Source of the DNA: a virus
Lineage: Duplodnaviria; Heunggongvirae; Uroviricota; Caudoviricetes
Reading direction: 5' to 3' (one strand)
Virus record (IMG/VR): IMGVR_UViG_2711768193_000009
DNA length: 64,000 nt
The notes beneath the pieces were generated by a model. That model was not told the DNA's origin. It searched no databases and was given only the letters and a program-made list of their open reading frames with translations. The position numbers and the translations under genes are program-made. This document shows positions 31,225 through 41,247 of this stretch, piece after piece. Every line of letters starts with the position of its first letter. The first letter of the stretch is position 1.

Positions 31225-32094
31225 ATGAAATTTACGAAACTGACCGATCATCTGAAACTTGCCGCAGACAAACTCGTGGGATTTAAGCCAGAGCCTTACG
31301 AGTTGAATCCCGGTTTTGGCAAGGCAACGGAAATCATCTACCTGATGGTTGACCAGTTCCACACACTGTTTCAGCACCCACGCCGTGCCATTCCAGATCC
31401 GGCACTACTGCGTCTGCGTGCCAAGCTGATCCACGAAGAAGCTGTTACCGAGGGCATCCCGGCAGCTAAAAACGGGGACATGACGGCGCTGCTGGATGCG
31501 ATGGCTGACTTCCTTTACGTGGGCGTCGGCACAATGGTGGCCATCAAAGGCGGTATCTCTACAGGCATGAGCTACTACACCCAAGAGCAGAGTGTTGATC
31601 GCTTCATCCACACCATCATGGTTCCAGGCAACACGGTCTTTGACGACATGGCCATCCCGTTTGAAGAAGCAAAAGAAGCTGCATTAATGCTGAATGCACT
31701 GGCTGACAAACTCGAAGCGAAGCCGATTAGCGATTCCGAATTGGTGCAGGAGCTGCGCCGCGTGATGAACAAAATCTACGTTGCCTGCATGATGACCTAC
31801 CGCCTGGCTGATTTTCTCGGTATCGATATTGTTGAGCTGGTGGCAGAAATCCATCGTTCCAACATGACCAAGCTGTGGCCGGCTGACGCCGAAGAGCGTC
31901 GTGTGGCGGTAGAGAATTGCAAATACGACAAGGAAGATCTGGGCTTCCGCCACGCTGAAGGGACTGACATGATGATTGGCTTCAGAGTTTCTGATGGCAA
32001 GATCCTCAAATCCCCAACCTACAGCGATGTGGATCTGACTCGCTTTGTTGAGAAGGCGAAAGCCTCATCTCTTTACGAGATGGTAAAAAAATAA
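31225..32094 (+). CDS. Putative MazG-like nucleoside triphosphate pyrophosphohydrolase (tentative)
   Basis: IHEEAVTE...DMTALLDAMADFLYV resembles the MazG EExxE/D core. Possible tandem domains. ORF track start 31159. Confidence 0.35.
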   Translation: MKFTKLTDHLKLAADKLVGFKPEPYELNPGFGKATEIIYLMVDQFHTLFQHPRRAIPDPALLRLRAKLIHEEAVTEGIPAAKNGDMTALLDAMADFLYVGVGTMVAIKGGISTGMSYYTQEQSVDRFIHTIMVPGNTVFDDMAIPFEEAKEAALMLNALADKLEAKPISDSELVQELRRVMNKIYVACMMTYRLADFLGIDIVELVAEIHRSNMTKLWPADAEERRVAVENCKYDKEDLGFRHAEGTDMMIGFRVSDGKILKSPTYSDVDLTRFVEKAKASSLYEMVKK

Positions 32095-32271
32095 TTGTAA
32101 GTATCTACTTATCATTATATATTGCCTGGGCGTGTTTTATTGTCCAAGTTCTTAATTGCTCATTGCAATGGTGGCCTAAGAGCCACCATTTTTTTTACTC
32201 CCCTCCTAGCCTTACACACTTCTGACAGATAAACTTGTATAAAATAATATGTATGTACTTACTTATCTTGT

Positions 32272-33387
32272 GTGAGGTTGATTTTGTCTATCCTACTGAA
32301 TCGAGACTTTACGAACGGTCAGTTTGCCAGTGGTTCGTATGCCAAAGTGGTTGAAACGGTGCTCAACACTGGCGTTCACGCGGGTGATCGCACCGGAACC
32401 GGCACAAAAAGCGTTTCATATGTCCCTTCCTACTACATGCTAACGGGCGGCTCTGTTCCACTTATCTCCGGAAAAGCCGTCAACCTGAAGCCGTTACTGG
32501 TTGAGCTGGAGTGGTATCTCAAAGGAACGGGCAACATCCAGTTCCTGAAAGACAATGGCGTCAAAATCTGGGATGCCTGGGCTGATGAAAATGGCGATTT
32601 AGGCCCGGTCTATGGCAAACAATGGCGTCGGTGGGAAGATACCCGCATCGTGAGCCATAGCGAGTATTTGAGTAAAATCGACACGTTCCGTGAGCGCGGG
32701 TACAAGGTCGAGGGGTATCTGGGCGTAAGTGAAGATCGCGTTGTGTTGTCCCGTGAAATCGACCAGCTACAGCGTATCGTTCACACGCTTCGCACCAACC
32801 CGACAGATCGTCGCATCCTGCTGAATGCCTGGAATGTTGGCGAACTGGAAGACATGAAGTTGCCGCCATGCCATTTCGTGTTTTCACTGTGGAGTCGCGA
32901 GCTGGACTTTGAGACCCGACTGACGATGGCCACCGACATTGGCATTCAGCACAACCGCCACGGCCACGAGTCCATTTACACCCAGATGCTGTGTCTTCTG
33001 GAAAGAGATGGCGGCATTACTGAGAACATGCTGGACGAGCTGGGCATCCCGAAACGCATTCTGAACTCATGCCTGGTGCAGCGCAGCGTCGATACCTTTG
33101 TTGGTATGCCGTTCAACATCGCCGGTTACGGCATTCTCACCCACTTCCTCGCGAAGATCACCGGCCACATGGCTGGCGCATTCGTGCATTTTGGCTTTGA
33201 CGTTCATCTCTACGACAACCACATGGAAGGCGTTGAGGAGCTGATGAAGCGCGAGCCGCCCAAAGAGTCCGACCCGGTTGTCATTTTTCCGCATGAATGG
33301 GCCGAACTGGACGACTTCAAATGGGAAGGTGTGCAGGTGTGCGGCTACAGCCCTCTTCCGTGGATCAAGGTTCCAGTGGCGGTGTGA
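32272..33387 (+). CDS. thyA: Thymidylate synthase (ThyA family)
   Basis: DRTGTGT N-terminal motif and RRILLNAWN...LPPCHFVF active-site cysteine motif. Larger than E. coli ThyA (inserts). Confidence 0.8.
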   Translation: MRLILSILLNRDFTNGQFASGSYAKVVETVLNTGVHAGDRTGTGTKSVSYVPSYYMLTGGSVPLISGKAVNLKPLLVELEWYLKGTGNIQFLKDNGVKIWDAWADENGDLGPVYGKQWRRWEDTRIVSHSEYLSKIDTFRERGYKVEGYLGVSEDRVVLSREIDQLQRIVHTLRTNPTDRRILLNAWNVGELEDMKLPPCHFVFSLWSRELDFETRLTMATDIGIQHNRHGHESIYTQMLCLLERDGGITENMLDELGIPKRILNSCLVQRSVDTFVGMPFNIAGYGILTHFLAKITGHMAGAFVHFGFDVHLYDNHMEGVEELMKREPPKESDPVVIFPHEWAELDDFKWEGVQVCGYSPLPWIKVPVAV

Positions 33388-33388
33388 T

Positions 33389-33802
33389 ATGGCCAGAGGG
33401 ATGTATGTGTTGTGTGAAATTGAGGGTGTGCTGGCGAGAGCCAGCCATCGCAAAGCAGTGTCTGATGCGGATGCAGGCGCTCTCATTGCCGGTGATGAAC
33501 TCATCTTTCCCACCAGCCGCATGTTGCGTGGTTTTGCTCGCTCCGGTGCTGAAGTGGTGCTTATCAGTAGTCGTCCGGAAGCGCTCGAAGGCCCAACCAA
33601 ACGCTGGCTGAAGGACTTCGGCATTGATTATGACTGGCTCCATCTGGTTCCGCGCGGTGTCAGTTTTGAAACCCATATCAAGCGCACGCTGGCAGAGCAC
33701 AAAGGCGACTTACTTATCGCCGCACTGGTTCATGATCCGCGTCTGCGTTCTGCGCTGGCAGATTCTCACCAGCGACCAACCATCTATGAGGTAAGCCAAT
33801 GA
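33389..33802 (+). CDS. Hypothetical protein
   Basis: ATG 33389 directly after the thyA stop. ORF track 33278..33802. Confidence 0.4.
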   Translation: MARGMYVLCEIEGVLARASHRKAVSDADAGALIAGDELIFPTSRMLRGFARSGAEVVLISSRPEALEGPTKRWLKDFGIDYDWLHLVPRGVSFETHIKRTLAEHKGDLLIAALVHDPRLRSALADSHQRPTIYEVSQ

Positions 33803-34275
33803 AGATGATTGCAGCTGTCGGCCGCAACTATGAAATCGGCATTGGCAACGAACTTCCCTGGCGTTGCCCGACCGATCTGAAACTGTTCAAACAACTCACC
33901 AAAAACGCCACTGTCGTGATGGGACGCAAGACGATGGAAAGTCTCAAGCGCCCGCTGCCAGAGCGCCATAACCTCGTTTTGACGCGCTCTCGTGGGTATA
34001 TCCCCAATGGGTTCTACCCCGCTGGCATCGATGACGTTTTGAGACTGCCAGATCCGGTCTGGGTGATTGGTGGCGGGCAGATTTACTCGCTCTTTATGCC
34101 ACACGTAGAAGAGATCTGGCTGTCGCATATTGGCGTGGATGTGCCGGGCGCGGATGCGTTCTTCCCGGCGCCAATGATGCGTTCTTTAGGGTTCGTACCA
34201 GTCGAAACGGCTTATACCCAACGTGCAAATGAGGATGAGCCTGGCTTTTTGCAGATCGTATACAGAAGGTCGTAA
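33799..34275 (+). CDS. Dihydrofolate reductase
   Basis: MIAAVGRNYEIGIGNELPWRCPTDLKLFKQLT...VVMGRKT parallels the DHFR N-terminus. Confidence 0.8.
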   Translation: MKMIAAVGRNYEIGIGNELPWRCPTDLKLFKQLTKNATVVMGRKTMESLKRPLPERHNLVLTRSRGYIPNGFYPAGIDDVLRLPDPVWVIGGGQIYSLFMPHVEEIWLSHIGVDVPGADAFFPAPMMRSLGFVPVETAYTQRANEDEPGFLQIVYRRS

Positions 34276-34919
34276 TGGATTACCGGATTGGAATCACTGG
34301 CGCACAGGGCAGTGGAAAAACAACCCTGGCAAGGTACATCGATGCGCATTATGGCATTCCGTATGTGGATGCCGGCGTTGGCAAGCTGATGAGCAGTCTG
34401 GGGGTGAAGGTTGGCGAGCGTTTGCCCCTTTACGAACGTCTTCAGGTTCAGATGGAGATTGCCAGACACATCGAGATGATCACCCGCGGCGTTGAAGGTT
34501 TTGTTATCGACCGCACGCCAGCCGATGTCATGGCTTATACGCTTGACCTGGTCGGCCAGACCAACGAAGACCGCTGCATCGAGCTGGCTCTCGACATTGA
34601 GCAGTTTTGCCACAAAGCGGCCATTTCCAACTTCAATGCTATCGCGGGTCTTCGCCCGGGCGTTGAGCTTTCCAGCAAAGATCTCGCGCGTCCCCAGCGA
34701 GGATCGCTTGACCGTCTCTATGTTGCTCGCATCGATGCACTTATGTGCGGTGAGCTGACGAAAATCAACACGCTTCCCCAAACCGGCGATCTGCAGGTGT
34801 TCGTTATTTCTGAAAAGTGCCGCACGGTTGAAGCGCGAGCCAGATCGGTATTGCGAGTGCTGGACAGAGCCGCTGAAAACATCGAGCGCCGTATAACAGG
34901 ACGAGTGACCTTCCACTGA
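34275..34919 (+). CDS. P-loop kinase, probable (deoxy)nucleotide kinase
   Basis: Walker A GAQGSGKTT at the N-terminus. Embedded in the nucleotide-metabolism cluster. Confidence 0.5.
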   Translation: MDYRIGITGAQGSGKTTLARYIDAHYGIPYVDAGVGKLMSSLGVKVGERLPLYERLQVQMEIARHIEMITRGVEGFVIDRTPADVMAYTLDLVGQTNEDRCIELALDIEQFCHKAAISNFNAIAGLRPGVELSSKDLARPQRGSLDRLYVARIDALMCGELTKINTLPQTGDLQVFVISEKCRTVEARARSVLRVLDRAAENIERRITGRVTFH

Positions 34920-34982
34920 ATGTTGCTCCCCTGTTGGGCAGTGTGACAATAAGACACGCGAAATGAATCGAGGAAAAACAGA

Positions 34983-35402
34983 ATGATAGACGAACTTCCC
35001 CTCTCGGATGAATTAGATCGTAAAGCGATTGAAGCACTGATCCGCATTGCTGACGAACAATCCCGCTCTTTGATGAGTGAACGTGAAGCACGTCTGGCTA
35101 TCCGCGCAGTGTTTGAGTCCGTTCAAGGACTTGTTGGGGAAGAGGTTGGCGAAGCCATCAATGTGGCGATGTCGCAGTTCAATGGCGGCACCAAGCTCCC
35201 TCTGTTTCCTATGCACCTCAAACTCTCAGGCGGTACGGTTCTGTACGTGTCCGTTTGCCTGGAGACCAACCAAATCCAGATCCTCAACACATCAACGGGC
35301 GAATGGCGCGAGCCGGTCGTCTGCGAAAGTGGCGAGGACGCACTGAAAAAGGCTGCTCAGTTTGTGCGTGGCGCACTGCTGAAAGGCGCGAAGAAGCTGT
35401 AA
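34983..35402 (+). CDS. Hypothetical protein
   Basis: 139-aa ORF. Confidence 0.45.
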   Translation: MIDELPLSDELDRKAIEALIRIADEQSRSLMSEREARLAIRAVFESVQGLVGEEVGEAINVAMSQFNGGTKLPLFPMHLKLSGGTVLYVSVCLETNQIQILNTSTGEWREPVVCESGEDALKKAAQFVRGALLKGAKKL

Positions 35403-35411
35403 GGAGTACGA

Positions 35412-35969
35412 ATGACCACGATTGTCGGTGGCGTCGATATTGAGTCCACAGGGCTGGACTTCACATCCGGTCACAAAATTATCGAAATCGCGATAACCCG
35501 TTATGAACTGGAAACCCAGAAGCACATCGACAGCCTTGAGATGCGCTTCAACCCGCGTCGCAGTATCGATCCGAAGGCGCAGGCAGTGCATGGCATTTCA
35601 CTGGAAGATCTGGCGACGGAACCGCTACTGGCTGACCACGCAGGCAAGATTGCTGCGTACATGGGCGCATGTAGCGCGTTAGTCGCCCATAACGGAGAGG
35701 CTTTTGACCTTCCGTTCATTCGCCACGAGTTCGGTAGCTATGGGGTGAAATTGCCAGATATCCCTCTGGTTGACTCCATGCTGGATGGCTTGTGGGCTAC
35801 CGAGGATGGGAAGCGCCCACGCCTGGAAGAGCTGGCGTTCTCACTTGGGTTCACTTACGACCGTGAGAAGGCCCACAGCGCTCTCTACGATACTGACCTG
35901 ATGATGCAGTGTTTCTTCAAAGCCCGAGAGAAATACGGCTTCTTCAAACTCCCATTCGAAAGCGCCTGA
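35412..35969 (+). CDS. DnaQ-like 3'-5' proofreading exonuclease (DEDDh)
   Basis: Exo I DIESTG, Exo II HNGEAFDLPFI, Exo III HSALYDTD. Confidence 0.8.
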   Translation: MTTIVGGVDIESTGLDFTSGHKIIEIAITRYELETQKHIDSLEMRFNPRRSIDPKAQAVHGISLEDLATEPLLADHAGKIAAYMGACSALVAHNGEAFDLPFIRHEFGSYGVKLPDIPLVDSMLDGLWATEDGKRPRLEELAFSLGFTYDREKAHSALYDTDLMMQCFFKAREKYGFFKLPFESA

Positions 35970-36088
35970 TGGCGCTTTTTCTTTGCCTTCAGTTCTTCTA
36001 ACTGCCTGTAATTATGACTTTTCCGCCTGATAGGTTTTGCCAAAATACGCTCAACCAAAACGCGGAAACGCACCAACGAAAACATAAG

Positions 36089-36940
36089 GAGTTAAAAATG
36101 AGCGCAGTTACAAACACTGTTAAAAACGATGACCTGGACGAACTGACTGCAATGTTGCAATCTCTCGACGAACCAGTGCAGAAAGCTGCGAAAATGAGCG
36201 GCGTCGACGAGATCGACGATCTTCTCTCTGGTCTGGATGATGCAATCGCAAAACCAGTCGAGGCGGTGGCGGATGAAGTCATGAATGCCAGCTCTACCGG
36301 CGATCTGAGTAGCGTTCTGGAAGAGCTTGAGATTGAGCACGAATCGGTGAAGGTCGAGGAACCAGAGCGTGACCTTGTTGCGGAGATGGTGAACGAGCCA
36401 GCGCCTGAACTTGACGCTCGAAGTACTGAGACTACCGGTACAGATCCAACCCCTTTACCTTCAGTGGCGTCAGAGCCTAAACCTGAAGAAGAGCAGCCAA
36501 AACGCCAGAAGGCAAAATCAGAGCGTACCCCTGCCAAACCTCGCTTCACGCTGGAAGGTAAGGACGAATCGTTCTATGCGACAGCCGGTCTGGAAAGTGA
36601 GAGCTTTACTGCCGCATTCGAAGGGGCGCCAGTCAAAGCGAAAGACAAGATCTTAAACCTTTTGAACTGGTTTAGTGGTGGGCCGGAAATCAGCGTCTAC
36701 ACGGTAATCGCAATGCGCCATATCCTTGACGCGAACACGGCGACCAGCAATAGCATTAAACTGGCGCTAATGAGCAACCCGGAGAAACCATATCCGCTCA
36801 ACACCGCTTCGACTCAGGCTGGCCAGATGATGGCTGTGTTTCCAGCTACTGGCATTGCCACCAGGGAAGGTGGAAATCTAAGCCTTAATAAAGAGTCGCC
36901 GATCGTCAAAAAATTCATAGCGGAGTATTCCATTGGATGA
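36089..36940 (+). CDS. Acidic hypothetical protein
   Basis: ATG 36089 after aaggag. D/E-rich N-terminal half. ORF track 36014..36940. Confidence 0.45.
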   Translation, partial: ELKMSAVTNTVKNDDLDELTAMLQSLDEPVQKAAKMSGVDEIDDLLSGLDDAIAKPVEAVADEVMNASSTGDLSSVLEELEIEHESVKVEEPERDLVAEMVNEPAPELDARSTETTGTDPTPLPSVASEPKPEEEQPKRQKAKSERTPAKPRFTLEGKDESFYATAGLESESFTAAFEGAPVKAKDKILNLLNWFSGGPEISVYTVIAMRHILDANTATSNSIKLALMSNPEKPYPLNTASTQAGQMMAVFPATGIATREGGNLSLNKESPIVKKFIAEYSIG

Positions 36941-37015
36941 TGTTCCCCTACCCGATCTAAAGCCCCCTGAGAGCTTTAGGACGCTGGGTAAGCTAATTGC
37001 ATACCCAGCATCGAT

Positions 37016-37065
37016 AAAACGCGCCAGAGAGCTTCCCGTTTGCGAATCTGGCGCGTTCTTCTTTG
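37016..37065. terminator. Terminator hairpin
   Basis: aaaacgcgccagagagcttcccgtttgcgaatctggcgcgttcttctttg. Confidence 0.55.
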
Positions 37066-37125
37066 TTTGCTATCCGTTGGATTAAATGAAAAAATAGGTA
37101 GGTATTTACCTATCAGAGCAAAATA

Positions 37126-37719
37126 ATGATCGCAGCCGAAAAAATCAAAAAGCGAGAGCGTGATGCCTCTCTTCGCGACCTTTGGCGCACACCGCAGTGG
37201 TTGTTTGTCGCCATCCAACGTTACATAGGCGTAAAGTTCGATGTGGACGTCGCCTGCAACAAAGATAACGCTCTCCTGCCGAACTTTATCGGTGTTGAGC
37301 GTGATGCGCTCAAGTGCAGCTGGGGAGAACCTGGCACTGTGGCGTTCCTTAACCCGCCCTACTCCAAAATCACCCCCTGGATAGACGCAGCCATCCGCGA
37401 GCAGGCGCGTGGAGTGACGACGGTCATGTTGATACCACAATCCCTCGATACGCAGTGGTACGAGCGTGCGGCTGAATGCGCCAACGAAACCGTCATCTTG
37501 TCTGGCGGCCGCGTGGCGTTCGTTGAGCCAGATGTTGAACTTGGGCTGGTGGAGGTGAACATCAACCCTGGTGGCAGCATGTTGCTTATCTTCCGTGGCT
37601 ACTGTCAGGAAGCTGGGCACACCATCAGCAAGATACCGCTGGCGGTGATGAAAAAGCTGGGTGGTTATGATCCTGCCAATGTTGTCAGGAAGAAGAGACC
37701 ACGTAAAAAGGCAGCGTAA
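37126..37719 (+). CDS. Phage-type DNA N6-adenine methyltransferase (Dam-like)
   Basis: NPPY catalytic motif. Small single-domain size typical of phage Dam family. Confidence 0.7.
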   Translation: MIAAEKIKKRERDASLRDLWRTPQWLFVAIQRYIGVKFDVDVACNKDNALLPNFIGVERDALKCSWGEPGTVAFLNPPYSKITPWIDAAIREQARGVTTVMLIPQSLDTQWYERAAECANETVILSGGRVAFVEPDVELGLVEVNINPGGSMLLIFRGYCQEAGHTISKIPLAVMKKLGGYDPANVVRKKRPRKKAA

Positions 37720-37725
37720 ACACCA

Positions 37726-37840
37726 GTCTGGGAGTTAGTTTGAGAACCTGCTTCCGTATATATAAATAACTAAGTACTAATTATTAATATATACAGACGC
37801 AGGCTTTTTAAGACGTGATTTCCAAACAGCTCCCAGACCG
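37726..37840. repeat. Long palindromic element, copy 1 (outer IR tctgggag/ctcccaga, inner IR cctgcttccgtatatat/atatatacagacgcagg, core ctaagtactaat)
   Basis: Read directly. Near-identical second copy at 62170..62265. Confidence 0.7.
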
Positions 37841-37921
37841 TTTTACACCTCCAGAACCCACTGGAACCCCTCTTCAGACGCTTTAGAATCGATTTTATGA
37901 ACCACAGTAAGGAAAACTATC

Positions 37922-38152
37922 ATGGTATACCCGACGAACGTCGTAGCGCTCGTTGAGAGCGATTTTCTGGCCAAAGTGCGCGACATGATGAAAGATCGCG
38001 ATAAGGCTTTCAGTCTCTACGAATGGTCGCTCAAATGTCTTCATTCAGGCGAGCACAAAGAGCTGGTGGAGCAGCTGTTAGGGGAACTCATCAATGAGGT
38101 GTTTGCCCTGAACGTCCAGCTTCATGGTCGAGAAAATAATCAATCAAAATAA
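37922..38152 (+). CDS. Hypothetical protein
   Basis: 76-aa ORF after aaggaaaactatcATG. Confidence 0.45.
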   Translation: MVYPTNVVALVESDFLAKVRDMMKDRDKAFSLYEWSLKCLHSGEHKELVEQLLGELINEVFALNVQLHGRENNQSK

Positions 38153-38159
38153 TCGGTAA

Positions 38160-38690
38160 GTACTTACCATTTAAAACGCTGATCGCCAGTGATAAAATCT
38201 ACCCGCTTTCCGGATTGATTCCGGCAGCTCGACCTGATGGGTGGGGGATAGCGTCACTGGCGTCAGGTTTAAAAAAGCTCACTACCAGCGTAGAACCGGC
38301 ACCGTTTAGGGGTTGGGGAAGGGGGAACCAAAGTGAGCAGAGAGAAGGGTCACTTTATGATTGTCGAGTCTGGAGTGTTTCGAGAGGTTGAATCCAGTAC
38401 TCCCCTTCATAAAGTGTGGGAAGATCTCGGTTCTGGGGTGCTGTCATCCATAACTTCCCAAGCCTAAGCTGGCAGTAGACTTAGGTCATAACTTTTCAGG
38501 TTATGTAACGACCAGGTTGGTGAGGAAATTTTGTACTCACCTCCCTGGGAAAGTATTACCTGAAAAGACAACCTCTCACTTCGTTCGAGGTGAACTTCAC
38601 TCACTTCGTTCGTTCAGTTCAGGTTTTATTAAAACCTGTTCTGGGAAGTAAGTTTTTCTTTTCTAAAAATTTTTAATATTCACACGCACG
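38160..38690. other. ~530-bp ORF-free region with direct repeats (ctcacttcgttcg x2) and several hairpins. Candidate structured ncRNA or regulatory region
   Basis: No ORF on either strand. Repeats at 38574 and 38598. ggtgagg...cctcacc inverted repeat ~38500. Confidence 0.3.
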
Positions 38691-38745
38691 CGTGCGCACA
38701 CGCGCGAGGAAAAAAATCGTCGCGGCGCGCGATTCTGGAGCCAAA

Positions 38746-39354
38746 ATGACGACCAAGACCCCAGCCCGGCAACATACTGGCTGCCGCACGAAGTCCAAAG
38801 CCAGATACCAAACCCACCAGCAATCCCGTACCAACTTCAAAACCCCCGTAGTCGAGTTCAATCCCCAGCTCAAAACCGTAAAAGTATTCAGTGATGGCTC
38901 TTGCCTCAAAAATCCGGGCGGGCCGGGCGGTTACGGCATCGTTCTCCAGTATCGAGGCGAAGAGCGCGAGCTTTCTGAGGGCTTCCACAGCACGACCAAC
39001 AATCGGATGGAGATGATGGGCGCCCTGATTGCGCTGGAGCGTCTGAAGTACCCCTGCAACGTGATCCTGCATTCCGACAGCCAGTATTTAAAAAACGGCA
39101 TGACGCTCTGGATGAAAGGCTGGAAGCGTAACGGATGGATCACGTCTGAGAAGAAGCCAGTCAAAAACGTCGATCTCTGGAAACGTCTCGATTCGGCCGC
39201 CAGCCGTCACAATGTCCGCTGGAAGTGGGTTAAAGGTCATGCCGGTCATCGCGAGAACGAAATGTGTGACCGCCTGGCGAAGATCGCCGCCTACTCCGCA
39301 GCTGATATGCCTCACAAGCGTGACATTGGATTTTTGTCACAAAAAGATAAGTAA
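38746..39354 (+). CDS. rnhA: Ribonuclease HI
   Basis: [29 protein letters not shown]...[12 protein letters not shown]...[21 protein letters not shown]...[16 protein letters not shown] is nearly collinear with E. coli RnhA. A basic N-terminal extension is present. True start uncertain (38692 or 38746). Confidence 0.85.
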   Translation: MTTKTPARQHTGCRTKSKARYQTHQQSRTNFKTPVVEFNPQLKTVKVFSDGSCLKNPGGPGGYGIVLQYRGEERELSEGFHSTTNNRMEMMGALIALERLKYPCNVILHSDSQYLKNGMTLWMKGWKRNGWITSEKKPVKNVDLWKRLDSAASRHNVRWKWVKGHAGHRENEMCDRLAKIAAYSAADMPHKRDIGFLSQKDK

Positions 39355-39495
39355 GTATTTACCTATCATTTTAAATCAGGTATCTTACCGTTCGTCAGGA
39401 TGACGAAGTACCGGTAGGTACTGTTCCAGGATGGAACGCCAAAAGGCGGCTGGCTTGGCCAGCCGCAACTCTTTCTGACACTGAATGGAATCCAA

Positions 39496-39990
39496 ATGGC
39501 ACGTCAAACGCCTTTCACTTCTTTCAATAAACGTCCCCGTTCAATTCGCCTGGTTCTGGCCGAGCTGTTTAGCGGTCGTGTTTCTGCACGCCTTGCGGAA
39601 CTGGAAGAACGAGTGTTTGAGCTGGAGAAGCGCATTGATGCGCAAGCTACCGCCATAGCAAATCTGGGTGCGACAGTAGGCATGGGGAAGGTGCGTGATT
39701 CCGTCGCCTCTCGTGTGTTGCGTGAATCCCAGGCACACAAGGACAGTTCCCATGGAAAATTTTCAACGAAATCGACTGAAGCCAATGGCCTACGGAGTAA
39801 TTTTAGCAACCCTGGCAGCGGTAGCCGTGCCAGCCGGTCAGAGTCTGTTGATACCGGACACAACTACTTCCACCACAACCTTGCAGACGACGCCCCTGCC
39901 AGAACGACCTCCTGTCTCTCTGGATGGGATGCTGCTGGACACGATTCCAGCTCGACCTGCAACTCCGGATCTTCCTTCTACTGTGACTGA
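39496..39990 (+). CDS. Hypothetical protein with coiled-coil N-terminus; 3' half overlaps an alternative frame
   Basis: LAELEERVFELEKRIDAQATAIANLG. Ser-rich low complexity after ~39750. Confidence 0.3.
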   Translation: MARQTPFTSFNKRPRSIRLVLAELFSGRVSARLAELEERVFELEKRIDAQATAIANLGATVGMGKVRDSVASRVLRESQAHKDSSHGKFSTKSTEANGLRSNFSNPGSGSRASRSESVDTGHNYFHHNLADDAPARTTSCLSGWDAAGHDSSSTCNSGSSFYCD

Positions 39991-40003
39991 GGCTATTGCA
40001 TGA
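39752..40003 (+). CDS. Small secreted/membrane protein (alternative frame)
   Basis: Hydrophobic MAYGVILATLAAVAVPAG then Thr/Pro-rich tail. Its stop overlaps the next ATG (ATGA), suggesting coupling. Confidence 0.35.
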   Translation: MENFQRNRLKPMAYGVILATLAAVAVPAGQSLLIPDTTTSTTTLQTTPLPERPPVSLDGMLLDTIPARPATPDLPSTVTEAIA

Positions 40004-40188
40004 AATGGAGCTTCCAGAAAGTCACCGCGATGATTGTTGGCCTCGCCATTTTTCTGCTTGGTGGCTGGATCATGAATCTGGTGAAACTCGTGAACGGTGG
40101 CGATCTTCAGTTTGATGCCGGAATGACACTTGCGCGTGTCGTGGGAATTTTCGTTGTTCCGGTGGGCAGCATTCTCGGGTTCTTTTGA
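40000..40188 (+). CDS. Small membrane protein
   Basis: 62 aa, two TM-like segments. Confidence 0.45.
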   Translation: MKWSFQKVTAMIVGLAIFLLGGWIMNLVKLVNGGDLQFDAGMTLARVVGIFVVPVGSILGFF

Positions 40189-40257
40189 TGCCGAATCCAT
40201 TTTCGGCACTGTTAAAACAAATTGTTTAGCCAATTAACCAATGAGAGTTAACAACAA

Positions 40258-40281
40258 GGGCCACTGACGGCCCTTTTTACA
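40258..40281. terminator. Terminator hairpin
   Basis: agggccactgacggccctttttac. Confidence 0.65.
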
Positions 40282-40296
40282 CTGAATGGAGAATGT

Positions 40297-41139
40297 ATGT
40301 TTGAGATGACTACTTTATCGATTCCCGGTGTGCTCCCGGACAGACCATTGATGTCCTCAAAAGAAATCTCAAAGCTGACCGGTAAACGACACAGCGACAT
40401 TCTTCGCGACATCCGTAGCGTGCTGAATGAGCTGTATGCCGACGATTACCATAACGCAAAATTGCGTTATGAGAAAAATCAGTTACTTACAATTGTTGAA
40501 GGCATTGTTGTCAACATCGATTACCGGGGAATGGAAGGCGAGTACATGCTCGACCGAAAGCATACCGATGTTCTCATTACCGGCTACTCGTTGAAGTACC
40601 GCGCTGCTGTCATTGAGCGCTGGCATGAGCTGGAAATGAGTGTTTCAAGCGGGGCGCTTTACGGTGCCTACCCCAGCATCCCGGAAACCTTTTCAGAAGC
40701 ACTTCGACTGGCAGCCGATCTTGAAGAACAGCGTGCTGATCTTGAGCGCAAGCTGTCGGTGGCAAGGCCAAAAGCCATTCTCATGGACACCATTTGCGGC
40801 ACTGCTGATGAGCTTTATGGGCTGAATGAAGCTGGTCGCATTCTCGGAACGTCCGGGGCTGTTCTGGGTGCGCTGATGGACTCGCTGGGTGATGTGTACG
40901 TTAAGCGCAAATACACCACTGTTAACCGCCAGTTCCTCAAGATCTTCATTGACCGCGGATATGGCAAAAACGTTGTCATCGGAAACGGACGCAACCAGGC
41001 CAAGTTCACCTTTAAAGGACTTTGCTTTGCTGCCGTGAAGCTAATTGCTGCCGGGAAAATTACCGCCAGCGCCATTGAGTATGAGCCTTGTCGTGAGCAT
41101 GTCGAACGCGAAATGAAGGAATCCAAACGTCTTCATTAA
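40297..41139 (+). CDS. Rha-family phage regulatory protein / antirepressor
   Basis: N-terminal LMSSKEISKLTGKRHSDILRDIR is the Rha signature. C-terminal antirepressor-like domain. Confidence 0.65.
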   Translation: MFEMTTLSIPGVLPDRPLMSSKEISKLTGKRHSDILRDIRSVLNELYADDYHNAKLRYEKNQLLTIVEGIVVNIDYRGMEGEYMLDRKHTDVLITGYSLKYRAAVIERWHELEMSVSSGALYGAYPSIPETFSEALRLAADLEEQRADLERKLSVARPKAILMDTICGTADELYGLNEAGRILGTSGAVLGALMDSLGDVYVKRKYTTVNRQFLKIFIDRGYGKNVVIGNGRNQAKFTFKGLCFAAVKLIAAGKITASAIEYEPCREHVEREMKESKRLH

Positions 41140-41247
41140 CCGTCAGTGTGGGCGTCCGCCTTTACGTAGCGTTTGCCCACCTTTTCAGTCACGCCACAAT
41201 AACGCCATCGAGAAAACAACTTGTTTAAAAACATAAGGAAAAAACAC

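Noticed and set aside
38160-38690. tRNA gene
   Set aside because: No cloverleaf with T-loop (GTTCRANYC) and acceptor pairing could be read. Left as possible ncRNA only.
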